Notes under the pieces: model-generated
The model's database searches: none
Told to the model about the DNA's origin: nothing
Seen by the model: only the letters and a program-made list of their open reading frames with translations
Shown: positions 39,502 to 49,900 of the stretch, piece by piece
How the letters are laid out: every line of letters begins with the position of its first letter
Numbering within the stretch: position 1 is the first letter of the stretch
Virus record (IMG/VR): IMGVR_UViG_3300034175_000022
Direction: 5' to 3' (one strand)
DNA from: a virus
DNA length: 64,000 bases
Program-made: the position numbers and the translations under genes

Positions 39502-42500
39502 CAGACGATTCCCATCTCGGTGTAAACGGCGACACGGTATCCGGTGACAGTCCCCGAAGTGGCGGACCTCACGAACACCGATGCAGTGGAGTCTGACATA
39601 TCGACCTCCTGGCCAGGCTGCACTGTGGTCAGGAATGCCCCGCCGCCGGGGGCGTTGGCCGAGGCGTTTGACGAGGAACCGTTCGCAACCTGGATGGCGA
39701 GGGTACCCAGGTTACGCAGGATCAGCTTCGTTCGGGCGGGCTCGTAGGGACGGACCCTGGCCGGGAAGCTGTACGGGATGCCCTCGATGGGCCGGTCGAG
39801 AACGACGTAGGACTTGAGCGTCTTCTCGGGCGAAGCGGGCAGCGTGGCAGGGTCACCCCAGGAGCCGGGGCGTCCGTAGTGGCGAGGCAGCGCTTCCCAG
39901 TTCGCGGGGGTCCAGGGGGGCATGCCCTCGAAGACCCTGAAGCTGGGCGTCGGAACCGAGTCACCGATGTCGGTGAGAATGTTGATCCAGGGATCGACAG
40001 CCTCGTCCTTGGTGACAGTCCCCCGCTCAGCCATGACGGTGACCGTGCCAGCCTTCTCCATGAACATGAGGCCGTAGTCGTGAGCGGCCCAGGCGAACGC
40101 CTTGGAGAGGTAGTGCGCTCCCGGCATGTCGGTGTCGGGGTTGAAGTTGCGGCGCAGACGTGCTCGCTGTCCGTAGAGCACCAGGTTCCGGTACGGGGGC
40201 TCCCCGGTCTGCAGAGAAGGACCGTCTGACCGCTGGGCGGGCCAGCCGAACAAACGCCAGTACGCAGCACGCGGCCAACCGACAGCGAGTGCGTGAGGGA
40301 TCGCACCCCGCAGCGACTCGCCTGCCAGGGCACGACGCTTCGCCTCCTTGGCCTCCGCGAGGTTGATGCAGGCCGTCTCGTTGATGCAGCCGCTCGCGCT
40401 GTTACCTCCGTTGTTCGGGAAGCGCCCAGTCGTGTTGGTAGCCAGGTTCGGCTCGTAGCCAGGCATGCTGGCCATCCAGTACGCCTTGTTCGGGTCAGCG
40501 CCGACCTGCTGGGCGAACGTGATTGCAGTCGTGCCGACCGTCACCGAGTTGGTGGAGGTCATCGCCCAGACCTGACCAGCCTGCGAGCCACCGTCGACGG
40601 GGATGGGCATACCCTGAGTCCCCTTCATCTGGCAGCCCTGGTAGTCGTAGTCGTTGAACGAGCCCGTGATGCGAGTCGCAGCAGTGGCACCGACGGTGAC
40701 GCCGTTGACCGAGGTGTAGCTGGTCGGCCAGCGCCAGTACCCGTTCTCCGACGAGTCGTTCTGCCGCAGCAGAAGCACGATGCCGTTGCCGCCTGGGTCG
40801 ATGTTGTTGTCCACCCTCTGCTGAGGCTGGGCGACGTTGATGTGGAAGCTGGCGACGTTCTCGTGGTCGATTCCGTTGGGACGAGTGCGAACAGCCTTGC
40901 CGTTGCCGAGGTAGGTGTAGAACCCGTTTTCTGAAGCGACCGTCTGGTTCTTCACCAGAACGTAGCAAGGCTTCTGTGGGTTCAGGATCACACCGTCCAC
41001 GATCGCCGGGAAGTTCACCAGGTCGATGGGGCCAACCGTCGCAGCGTTCATGCGGAAGGTCTTGGTCCGCATCTTCCAGAATGACCAGAACCCGTTGGTG
41101 ACCTTGTCCCAGAAGGCAACAGCTCTGTCGGTACCGACGGAAGGCTCGTTGTTCCGAGTGATTCCGATCAGGCCGTCCTCGATGGGGACGTTCGGGAAGT
41201 CCGCGAAGCGCTGGTTCCCTCGGTGATCGAACCAGGCGACTGTGACCTTCGGGAACTCGGGCTTCGAGACGTACTGGTTGGACGTGTACTGGTAGACGTT
41301 CAGCGCAACGGAGCCGTTGTTCGAGAGTCCAGCCATCGTGGCGATCTGGTTGATGATGTCAGCGCTGTTGGCGATGTCACCCTCGGCACCAAGGGTGCCG
41401 TCCGCCTGGAGTGCCTTGGTGGCCAGCGGCCCGTCGTACTCGGCCACTCGGATGCCGTAGGCGTTCCCTGGACCCAACGGCAGGCCACCGATGGGCAGAC
41501 CGTTGAGCGACACGCCGGTCTTGACCGTGACGGCGAGCGAAGGCACGCTTCGACGTGCGCCGGGCGTGTCGGTGTCGAGTGCCGAGACGGTGTAGACGTA
41601 ACTCGTGTCAGCCGTGACGGTCGTGTCTGTGTAGGTTCTCTCGGTGACCCGATCGACCAGAACAGTCATGTTCGACGTGGTCGTGCCTCGACGAATCTGG
41701 TAGGAGGAGATCCCCGTGTCATCGGTGGACTCGGTCCAGCTCAGTGCTACCGAGTTGGGCGAGGTAGCAGTAGCGGTGAGCGTGGGGGCTGTCGGCGCGA
41801 GCGTTCCTCCGCTCGTCACAGGGGGACTCGTCCACTCCTGGCTTTCCCCGTCCATGATGCCGAACTTGTAGACCCGCACGGTGACAGCCGTTGTGCCGTT
41901 CGTGAAGCTGCCTGCCGCAGTCGGCTGAACGAGAGCGAAGGCTGCGTTGGCGGGGGCAACGGCTGTGACGAAGAGCTGCTGGGGCACGTTGGGCGAGACC
42001 GAGACAGTCGCCCCGGCAGCGTTGCTGAGGTAGACCCCAGAGGAGTTGTACCAGGAAAGCTGAGCTCGAACGTTGCCCGCCGCCTGGGAGTTGACGGTCA
42101 CCACTCCGGTGTAGGTTCCGAGCGCAACGACAGGTGCGCCGTCGTACTCGACAGAGGTGGGGTAGACGTACCAGAAGCCGTTTGTCGTGATGGTGAGGAC
42201 AACAGCCTTCGGGTTGCTCGCTATGTCCAGAGCCAGTGTTCCCTGGGCGCCTCCGAGTGTGAAGGTGCTCACGTCGTTCGTCAGCGGTACCGCCGTGGAC
42301 GCTCTCTTGAGCAGGTTCGGGGGTGCCGGGGGAACCGGATTGAGCGGCGGCGTCGTGGTGCCTGGGTTTGTGCCCACTCCTCCGGTGCCCGAGGTCGGAG
42401 GTGGAGTCGTGGTCCCCAGGGTGGCCGTCTGGTTCATCACGTCATCGACGTACCTGTCACCGCTCGTTCCGGAGATCCGCACGATCTGACCGGGAGTGGT

Positions 42501-42698
42501 CGGCTGGATCGAGCCCATCGAGACGACCGTGTCAGTGTCGTCTCCGGTGTATCGGACCGAGCACTTCGAGTTCGCCTTGTCGATCGAGTAGACGACCGCG
42601 TAGCGGCTGGGCGGTCTGTGCAGGTCAACCTGCTGGGCGATGAGTTCCGTGATGACATCTCGGAACTTGAGTGCGTAGTCGTAATCCTCGAGACTCAT
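39501..42698 (-). CDS. Minor tail / receptor-binding protein with a CBM-like module and an FN3 domain
   Basis: FN3 segment (SVALSWTESTDDTGISSYQIRRG...YVYTVSALD). The CBM-like block is similar to the one in the 36343 gene. Confidence 0.75.
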   Translation of the reverse strand: MSLEDYDYALKFRDVITELIAQQVDLHRPPSRYAVVYSIDKANSKCSVRYTGDDTDTVVSMGSIQPTTPGQIVRISGTSGDRYVDDVMNQTATLGTTTPPPTSGTGGVGTNPGTTTPPLNPVPPAPPNLLKRASTAVPLTNDVSTFTLGGAQGTLALDIASNPKAVVLTITTNGFWYVYPTSVEYDGAPVVALGTYTGVVTVNSQAAGNVRAQLSWYNSSGVYLSNAAGATVSVSPNVPQQLFVTAVAPANAAFALVQPTAAGSFTNGTTAVTVRVYKFGIMDGESQEWTSPPVTSGGTLAPTAPTLTATATSPNSVALSWTESTDDTGISSYQIRRGTTTSNMTVLVDRVTERTYTDTTVTADTSYVYTVSALDTDTPGARRSVPSLAVTVKTGVSLNGLPIGGLPLGPGNAYGIRVAEYDGPLATKALQADGTLGAEGDIANSADIINQIATMAGLSNNGSVALNVYQYTSNQYVSKPEFPKVTVAWFDHRGNQRFADFPNVPIEDGLIGITRNNEPSVGTDRAVAFWDKVTNGFWSFWKMRTKTFRMNAATVGPIDLVNFPAIVDGVILNPQKPCYVLVKNQTVASENGFYTYLGNGKAVRTRPNGIDHENVASFHINVAQPQQRVDNNIDPGGNGIVLLLRQNDSSENGYWRWPTSYTSVNGVTVGATAATRITGSFNDYDYQGCQMKGTQGMPIPVDGGSQAGQVWAMTSTNSVTVGTTAITFAQQVGADPNKAYWMASMPGYEPNLATNTTGRFPNNGGNSASGCINETACINLAEAKEAKRRALAGESLRGAIPHALAVGWPRAAYWRLFGWPAQRSDGPSLQTGEPPYRNLVLYGQRARLRRNFNPDTDMPGAHYLSKAFAWAAHDYGLMFMEKAGTVTVMAERGTVTKDEAVDPWINILTDIGDSVPTPSFRVFEGMPPWTPANWEALPRHYGRPGSWGDPATLPASPEKTLKSYVVLDRPIEGIPYSFPARVRPYEPARTKLILRNLGTLAIQVANGSSSNASANAPGGGAFLTTVQPGQEVDMSDSTASVFVRSATSGTVTGYRVAVYTEMGIV

Positions 42699-42713
42699 GT
42701 GTTTGACTTTCGG

Positions 42714-43781
42714 TTAGACGGGGTAAAGGAGCTCGAACTCCCAGAGCTCGTTCTGCAGCACATTGAAACTCATGATGCCTCCGGACATATCACCGATGAA
42801 GAAAGCGCCATCTGCGTAGATGAGACTCATCGGGTTTCGACCTCGGGCCTTGATCGTCCCGAGAGTTGTGCCGACCTGGGAGTTGTTGTTCTCACGCAGC
42901 ACTGGGTGAGGTGCAGGGAACATGGAAGTGTTACCTCCCAAGAAGACACGCTGGGCACCGGAGTTAGCGTTGACTGTTGCCGCAGCCGTGATGAATCGCA
43001 TGTAGGCCGAGAACATGCCATTGACAAGACTGGTGCGCAGGAAGGAACCGACTCGGGCAGGAGAGTCAGCGTAGGGGTTGCCCGAGGCGATCACAGGGAA
43101 GCCTGACTGATCTGTCTGGACGTTCCCGTTCGGGCCAACGATCTGGCCGTCCTTGTTCACGCTCAGAAGAAGCGTGCTGTCCTGCTTCTCCAGCCGGAAG
43201 GCATCCGCACTCTGTGTCGCAGAGTCGTACCGAATCGACAGCGGAACGACTGTTGCGTCCTTCGCGTTGCCGATCGTGACTCCGACCTTCGGCGAGTAGG
43301 AGTCTCGCGCGAAGGCGTTCTGAGAGTCACGGACACCGAGTCCAGCGTCACCACGGAAGAACGCACGCAGCGCTCCGTTGGGCGCGTAGAGCTCCATGAG
43401 GGAAGCGGTGTTGCTGATGCCCTTGAGCAGCAGTGCAGGCTTCGTCGAGTCCGTGGCGACGTGCTGGGCGTGGCTCCAGTCTTCCACTGTCGGGCCGTGA
43501 CGCCAGGTCGAGCCGCTCGGCCATCCCGAAGCGGGACGAGCACCTGACTCCGCTGTTGCCAGGATGGTCGCCGTGGTCGCATTCACGGCGTGCGAGATGA
43601 CCCGCACAATCTCGTACTCGCCAGTGGCAGAGTTGTAGAGGGTGATAGCTGCCTGGTTGTTCGAGTTGATGAGACCCATCGCAGCCAGGTTGGCCGAGTT
43701 GATGAGCGTTCCCCCAGCATTGAGCGCCTGGGTGAGTGTACCGCCGAGGTTGTTCTGACGGTACCGCAAGTCATTAGCCAT
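42714..43781 (-). CDS. Minor tail protein
   Basis: ATG 43781 after ACGGAG (alternative GTG 43811). Position in the tail module. Confidence 0.65.
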   Translation of the reverse strand: MANDLRYRQNNLGGTLTQALNAGGTLINSANLAAMGLINSNNQAAITLYNSATGEYEIVRVISHAVNATTATILATAESGARPASGWPSGSTWRHGPTVEDWSHAQHVATDSTKPALLLKGISNTASLMELYAPNGALRAFFRGDAGLGVRDSQNAFARDSYSPKVGVTIGNAKDATVVPLSIRYDSATQSADAFRLEKQDSTLLLSVNKDGQIVGPNGNVQTDQSGFPVIASGNPYADSPARVGSFLRTSLVNGMFSAYMRFITAAATVNANSGAQRVFLGGNTSMFPAPHPVLRENNNSQVGTTLGTIKARGRNPMSLIYADGAFFIGDMSGGIMSFNVLQNELWEFELLYPV

Positions 43782-44994
43782 AGGATGCTCCGTAGGTGTC
43801 GCTGTAGCCACCCAGGGAAGCTCCCTGCGGCCTGGTGCTCGGAAGGTTCAGCGGGGTGGACGAGACGCCGATGATAGCAACTCGCTTGCCGTTGCCTGAC
43901 ATCGGCCCCAGATTCAGGGGGATGGCGATCGAGCTGAGAAGAAACTTGGTAGGTGCGGTCGGGTCGTTCTTCAGGATGTCCTTGAAGGTGACGATGTCGC
44001 CCGCATCCAGCCAAGGCACCATGAGGGCACCGAAGTTGAGGTCGTACTCCTGGAGAGCGCTCACCGCCAGCAGACGGTTGGCTACGTCCTGCGCCTGGCC
44101 CTCAGAAGTGATGAACGGCGACGTGAAGATGGGAGCCAGTCGATCACCGATCTCTGCACGGTTCGCAGGGTGCATCGGGTTATCGTTGACTGCCTCTGCG
44201 AATACTGGGATGGTGTCACTCGACTCCCCTGTCACGAGGTAGTGATTGAACAGGCGCGAGTCGTTCACCGACCGCTCGAAGGAAGCGAGGTTGCCCTCGG
44301 TTCCGACAGTGAAGGTGAACGAAGAAGCAGTCAGTACCGGGTCGTTGTACTCACGCATCACGAAGTTGCCCGAGGCGTCGAAGAAGATCTCGAAGTTGTA
44401 TGCCTCACACAACTGCTTGGCTGCGTCCCACCGGGATACTCCACGCTCGAAGGGGGCGTCGGAGGTAAGCACCACAGCAGAGTTCGGGATGATCTTCTTG
44501 TTGACCGCGATGCCCGCATTCGCAGCCAGGGACGAGATGATCGTTGTGAGTCGAGCTTCCGCCGAGAAGGTAGTCGCCTGAGTGAACTTGCTCAGGAGCA
44601 TCTTCTTCGCGTAGTCGCGCCCGGTCACCTTCACGGTAGGCGGAAAGTTCGGCTCACTGATCCGGTCGATCATAAACTCACCGACCTGGCATGTCCAGGT
44701 CTTGAAGGTCAGCGTTGAGGTATCGAAGTACTTGATACCCGTGTAGACCTTGATGATCTTGTCGTACCACATCTTGTTGGGAATGGGGCTGAAGTAGCCA
44801 CCCTCGTTGTCGATCGAGAGGTCGATCGCCCTGCGCTCAGACCTGCTAAAGTCGACTGTGATGGTCCCGTCGATGATCGGGATATCAGTATCCCAGACGG
44901 TAACACCATCCTGCTCGAACACATCCACTCGACGGACGCGAGCAACTACTGGCTTGAAGAAGTACGGCAGGATGCTCTCGGGGGGTGCCGTCAT
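43774..44994 (-). CDS. Minor tail protein (baseplate/Tal-like position)
   Basis: ORF track. Position. Coupled starts and stops. Confidence 0.7.
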   Translation of the reverse strand: MTAPPESILPYFFKPVVARVRRVDVFEQDGVTVWDTDIPIIDGTITVDFSRSERRAIDLSIDNEGGYFSPIPNKMWYDKIIKVYTGIKYFDTSTLTFKTWTCQVGEFMIDRISEPNFPPTVKVTGRDYAKKMLLSKFTQATTFSAEARLTTIISSLAANAGIAVNKKIIPNSAVVLTSDAPFERGVSRWDAAKQLCEAYNFEIFFDASGNFVMREYNDPVLTASSFTFTVGTEGNLASFERSVNDSRLFNHYLVTGESSDTIPVFAEAVNDNPMHPANRAEIGDRLAPIFTSPFITSEGQAQDVANRLLAVSALQEYDLNFGALMVPWLDAGDIVTFKDILKNDPTAPTKFLLSSIAIPLNLGPMSGNGKRVAIIGVSSTPLNLPSTRPQGASLGGYSDTYGASYG

Positions 44995-45722
44995 TACGAG
45001 ACCTGGGAGTACGGCAGTGAAGTCGTGAATGCCTCGTGGCTGGGTCCGATACCAGCCACCCGTGCGATCTGGAAGTTGCCGATCGAGACCTGGATGACCT
45101 TGCTGTACGGGTCACGAAGGAAGATCGCAAGGCCTGAAGCCTTGATGTACTCCAGATCGAGACGAGCCTGGCGAGCAGTCTTGAACGCAGTGTCGAACAC
45201 CTGGATGTCCAGCGTGCCACGCTCACCCCACTCGGTTCCGGTCTCGACGTGACGACCTCGACCGATGATGTTGATCTCGGCCTGCTCCGTCTCTCCGCCA
45301 AAGCTGTGGCCGCGAACACTTCCGAGGCGCACGCTGCGGGCGGGCAGCTCGGGGGTCATCAGCCAGTAGTAGGTGCTGATCGCGCTGATCGGCTGCGCGG
45401 TGCGAGCACCCTCGACCCTGGTGCCGTTGGAGTTGACGACCTGCACGAGGGCGTACTCACTCGTGATGTTCGAGGGGGCGGTGTAGTCATTGAAGGCGTA
45501 GGTCGTCGCGCTCGTGCGAACCTCGTAGACGAGCGCCCAGCCGATGTTCCCCGAACCCTGGACTCGGCGGTAGAGACGCCAGGCGTACCAGGCTGGGTCC
45601 TGAGATCCATTCGTCCAGGTCAGGCGGACGTACCCCTGCGCGTCGTACTGGCTGGGGTCGAGAGTGAAGTTCTGCGGGCTGCCGGGAACCGTGTACGCGG
45701 TTGTGAAACTCAGCGTAGGCAT
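44994..45722 (-). CDS. Minor tail protein (distal-tail-protein position)
   Basis: ORF track. Position. Confidence 0.65.
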   Translation of the reverse strand: MPTLSFTTAYTVPGSPQNFTLDPSQYDAQGYVRLTWTNGSQDPAWYAWRLYRRVQGSGNIGWALVYEVRTSATTYAFNDYTAPSNITSEYALVQVVNSNGTRVEGARTAQPISAISTYYWLMTPELPARSVRLGSVRGHSFGGETEQAEINIIGRGRHVETGTEWGERGTLDIQVFDTAFKTARQARLDLEYIKASGLAIFLRDPYSKVIQVSIGNFQIARVAGIGPSHEAFTTSLPYSQVS

Positions 45723-45735
45723 GTGTTCGCCTTTC

Positions 45736-46974
45736 CTAGATCGAACTCAGGCCGGATGAGTCGATCACAGTTACTGTCAGGTTCCAGGTGATGCCGGTCG
45801 GTAGCCAACTCACGGTGTAAGACATCTCACCGCTCTCGACTAGGCCGCTGTCAACGAGCGTCTCGCCGGTAGAGCTGTTCTTGATGACGACACTGTAGTA
45901 CTTCTGAACCCTACCATTGGAGGCCGTTACGGTCCAGCGAACAATCGGAGCACCCGTAGCAATCGTGCTGCCAGCTGTCGGAGAGGTGATCGCCACCACG
46001 GGTCGGTCTGAGACTCGGAACATGGTGTACGCAGACCAGGGGCCTGCGACATCGTCTGCGTCCCATACGCGAACGTGCCAACGAAGTAGCTCATCTTTCG
46101 GAAGGGATATCGGAACAACGTAAGAAGTTGCTGCCCCTCCGACCTTGCTCGTGTCGAGTACAAGAGTGACCTGTTCGTTCCGCTCGATCTGAAGCTGGTA
46201 AGCGCTCTGTGTATCCGTCTCGGATGGGTCATTGAAGATCCACGGAAGTGTGATGGTCGTGCCGGAAGGAATCGTAGCGCCAGACTGCTCCCCCTGGGGG
46301 ATCGCCATCGGCTGGTGGAAGACAACGAAGATCGAAGTCTCGGTCCAGGGAGAAGTCTGAACGCCATAGTAGGCCCGAGCCCGAACATACCAGTTGCCCT
46401 GCGGTACGACGCTCTCAGCCTTGTGTGTCACGATGCCCGAGATGACATTCTCGTCAAGCGTGCTAGTGAAGGTCTTTGACTCCACGGTGAACGCTGCGTC
46501 TCGAGCAAACTGCCACTGAATCCCGGTCTTGCGCTGGTCACTGGCGGCGACCACGAGACCCGAAAGGAGTGGAGTCGAACTTGAGACGACAGCGTTGTTC
46601 GAGGGGATGATCTCGGTCGGCGTCTCAATGCCAGGCAGGATCACCATGAAGTTCACCGTAGCGCTGTAAGCGCTGGCAGCGTTCGTCGTGTCGATCGAGC
46701 GGGCACGCATGTACCAGGTTCCGTTGTCCAACGGAGTAGCACTCGGAAGGAGCTGCCTGGCCTGCCCTGACGGTCGTGCGTCGATCAGCGACTCGGTGAC
46801 CGTGATGAGGTTGGTCGTGAAGGCGGAATCCTTCGCGAGCTGCCACTGCGCCCGCACCCAGTTACCATCCGAGTCAGGTCCGAGCGTGGCCGTGATAGTC
46901 GGAGTCGCAGTATTGACTCCGACTCCGAACTCTCCGTTCGGTCCCAGCGAGGTAGGGACCGGCGGGTTAGCCAT
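45736..46974 (-). CDS. Minor tail protein made of four FN3-like repeats
   Basis: A recurring ...W.(V/M)RARA....SPW(S/T)... module about every 100 aa. Confidence 0.7.
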   Translation of the reverse strand: MANPPVPTSLGPNGEFGVGVNTATPTITATLGPDSDGNWVRAQWQLAKDSAFTTNLITVTESLIDARPSGQARQLLPSATPLDNGTWYMRARSIDTTNAASAYSATVNFMVILPGIETPTEIIPSNNAVVSSSTPLLSGLVVAASDQRKTGIQWQFARDAAFTVESKTFTSTLDENVISGIVTHKAESVVPQGNWYVRARAYYGVQTSPWTETSIFVVFHQPMAIPQGEQSGATIPSGTTITLPWIFNDPSETDTQSAYQLQIERNEQVTLVLDTSKVGGAATSYVVPISLPKDELLRWHVRVWDADDVAGPWSAYTMFRVSDRPVVAITSPTAGSTIATGAPIVRWTVTASNGRVQKYYSVVIKNSSTGETLVDSGLVESGEMSYTVSWLPTGITWNLTVTVIDSSGLSSI

Positions 46975-49900
46975 TACGTCACGGCCAGTGCGGTGAGGTT
47001 ACGCAGGAACTCGTTGGCGTCGTCGCCGTTCTTGATGTTCGGCAGGCTGATGTCTCCGTGGAAGTGCAGGGTCACGTTGTTCGGTGCGGCTGGCGTGGTA
47101 ACCTCGGCAGTGGTGACGTTCACCCATGCGCGCTCGACCGTGATGGTGGCCGATGCCATGCGCTGCGTGCCCGCCACGCCATTCTGCCCCATGCGACCCA
47201 CACCCGTGATGACATCCTTCAAGATTCCCCATTGCGCGGGATTGAAGACCGCCTCGGGCTGACCTGTACGGTTCACGGTCTGCGTGACACCGGGCTGGAG
47301 CCACCCGCCCTGGTCGTAAGCCCAGTGAACGTGGTCGTAGTGGTCGGCCTTTACCGCGCCTGAGTAGACGTGCGGTGAACCGTTGTGAATCTGGCGACCG
47401 CCCGCCGGGCTGAAGATGAGCTCCTTCGAGGTCTTGCCGAAGTTGCGGAGAATCCAGTCGAAGTACTCCATGCGGGGCGGGATGTCGACTGCCCGTCCGA
47501 GCGCGTGGTAGGACTGGTTGCCCGAGGATGTGATCGAGCCGGGACGGAAGCCGCTGTTCATCGAGATGCCGGGGAACTCGGCCCGAAGGATAGCCATCTG
47601 GCGCGTGAAGCCCATGCCGCCGAGCTCTCGGTCACCGGCCTGCGTCTCGCCGTTCTGGACGAAGCTGACCAGGTTGTCCTTGACCTGCCGCAGGAAGCCA
47701 GCTCCGACTCGACCAACGATGTTGCCACCGAGGTTGCGGTCGGCCATGTCCACGAGCGGCACCATGAGCTTGTTCATGGCGGACCCGAGACCATCGCGCA
47801 TCCAGTTGGTGACATCGCCTGCAAGGTTGCCGACACCTTCGAAGGCACCCTTGAACCTGTCCACGAGACCGTTGCCGTCACCGATGCCTGCGTTACGAGC
47901 GACCGGCTCCTTGTAGCCACTGGCGACCCGACCGCGCTCCGCGTTCCGGTTAAGGTTCTCGAGTCCCCGTGCGCCACCGATAGCCCTGACGGCCTCGGGG
48001 ACGAGGACACCCTCACCCGAGCGTGCCCCGATGACCATGTTGTCGTGCTTGCTGTGACCGCCAGGGACGATGCCGCCTCGCTTGAACGTAGGCAGGTCAC
48101 CCATCTCGAAGTTCAGCTTTGAGGTGATACGGTTGATGTTCTTGATGCCGTTAGTGTTGATCCAGTTGGCCGCGCCGTTCCAGGCTCCCTTGGTCGCGTT
48201 GGCAACGCTGGAGCCGATGTTCGAGAGGGCACTCGCCACGCGGTCGGGCAGCTCACGGACCCAGGACATGAAGCCGCCCTTGCCGTCCACGATGTTCGAC
48301 GCCTTGGTCTTGAGTGCATTGAAGGCGTCCTCAGCTGCGTCGGCGATCTTCGCCCCCATGCCGTTCTTGCCGGTGATCTGGGCAACAATGCGACCGGGGA
48401 GGAGTGCGAGCCAATCCTTAAATCCACTCCATCCATTACCGAAGGCATCCTCGAGCTCGCCCCAGGCAGACTTGGCGATGTCCTTGATCTTGGCAGAAAC
48501 ACCGGACTTGCCAGACAGGTTGTCCCAAATCCGCTGACCGAGTGCCTGCAGCCAGGCGACAGTAGTGACCCATCCCGCGGCCCAGGCATCCTCGAGAGCG
48601 TTCCATGCGCTGACGGCAACATCCTTGATCTTCGCGAGGATACCCGTCTTGCCGGACAAGTTGTCCCACACGCGCTGACCGATGCCCTGGAGCCAGAGAA
48701 CGGTCGCGGCCCACCCGGTACCCCATGCAGACTCTAGTGCGTCCCAGGCAGTCGTAGCGACGTTCTTGATCTTCTCCAGAATGCCAGCCTTGCCGGACAG
48801 GTTGTCCCACACGCGCTGACCGATACCCTGCAGCCACAGGACGGTGCCAGCCCAGCCCTTCGCCCATGCGGCTTCCAGCATGTCCCAGGCCTGGGTGGCG
48901 ATGTTGCCGACGCGCTCCTTGAGGGCGACGAGGGCGTCCCACACCTTCTGCGGGCGACCGCCCAGCCAGGTGTTGAGTGCTGTCCAGCCGATAGACCAGG
49001 CCGACTCTAGTGCATCCCAGGCGGCGGTTGCGATGTTGCCGAGGCGCTCCCGAAGGTTCCCGAGCGCGTTCCAGGCCTTCTGTGGCAGGCTCGTGAGCCA
49101 GGTGAGGATGACGGTCCAGCCCGCAACCTGGCTGTTGTAGAACCAGGTGAAAGCCGTGGTCGCAACGTCAACGAGCTTGTCCTTCAGGCCCTTGAGTGCA
49201 TTCCATGCGTCACCCGGCAGGTCTGAGACGAAGTCGATAACCTTCTTGTTGCCGCGAACCACACGATCGGAGAACCAGTCCCATGCAGTCTGTGCTGCAC
49301 TGGAAACCTTGTCCTTGAGGCTGCCGAGCGCCTTGGCAACGTCGCCCGGCAGGTCCTTCATGAAGTCGATGACACCGTCCACGAAGGACTTGATGGCACC
49401 CTTGACCTTACCCCACAGGCCCTTGAACCAGGCCACGATCCCGTCGATGAGGTCGGGGATAATGCTGTGGCCGATGATGACATCGTAGAGCCACTTGAAC
49501 CAGTCAACAACTCCATTGACAAGACCCTTTACGAGTCCGACAACGAGCCAGAATCCGTCCTTGAGGATGTTCCCAATACCCTTGACGAGACCGAGGAAGA
49601 TGTTCTTTGCTGCCTCGCCAATCTCCGAACCGTCGCGGTTGAAGATACCAAGGATTAGTCTGATTGTCTCGCGTACCGTGATGACGACTACCTTCATCAC
49701 GTCGATAACGATGTCGAGTGCCGGGCCGAGTGTGCCAGCCAGAACACTGCTCACGATCTTGAATGCACCTACGAGGACGCCGCCGACGATCGCAGCCAGA
49801 ATCTTGACGCCCGACCACAGCATGCCGAGTACGTCCATGAGCGGCGCACCGAGCTCACTGAACTTCGCAAGCTCGGGTCCGATCTCCTTCCAGACCCGCT

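Noticed and set aside
36343-42698. Possible diversity-generating retroelement, because two fibre genes share a similar module
   Set aside because: I saw no reverse transcriptase in the window. The two copies differ at all base types, not only at adenines, and both are internal coding modules rather than a TR/VR pair.
48290-49310. Regular 126-nt repeats that could be mistaken for a CRISPR-like or satellite array
   Set aside because: They lie in frame inside the tape measure ORF and encode a repeated 42-aa helical unit. There is no repeat-spacer architecture.
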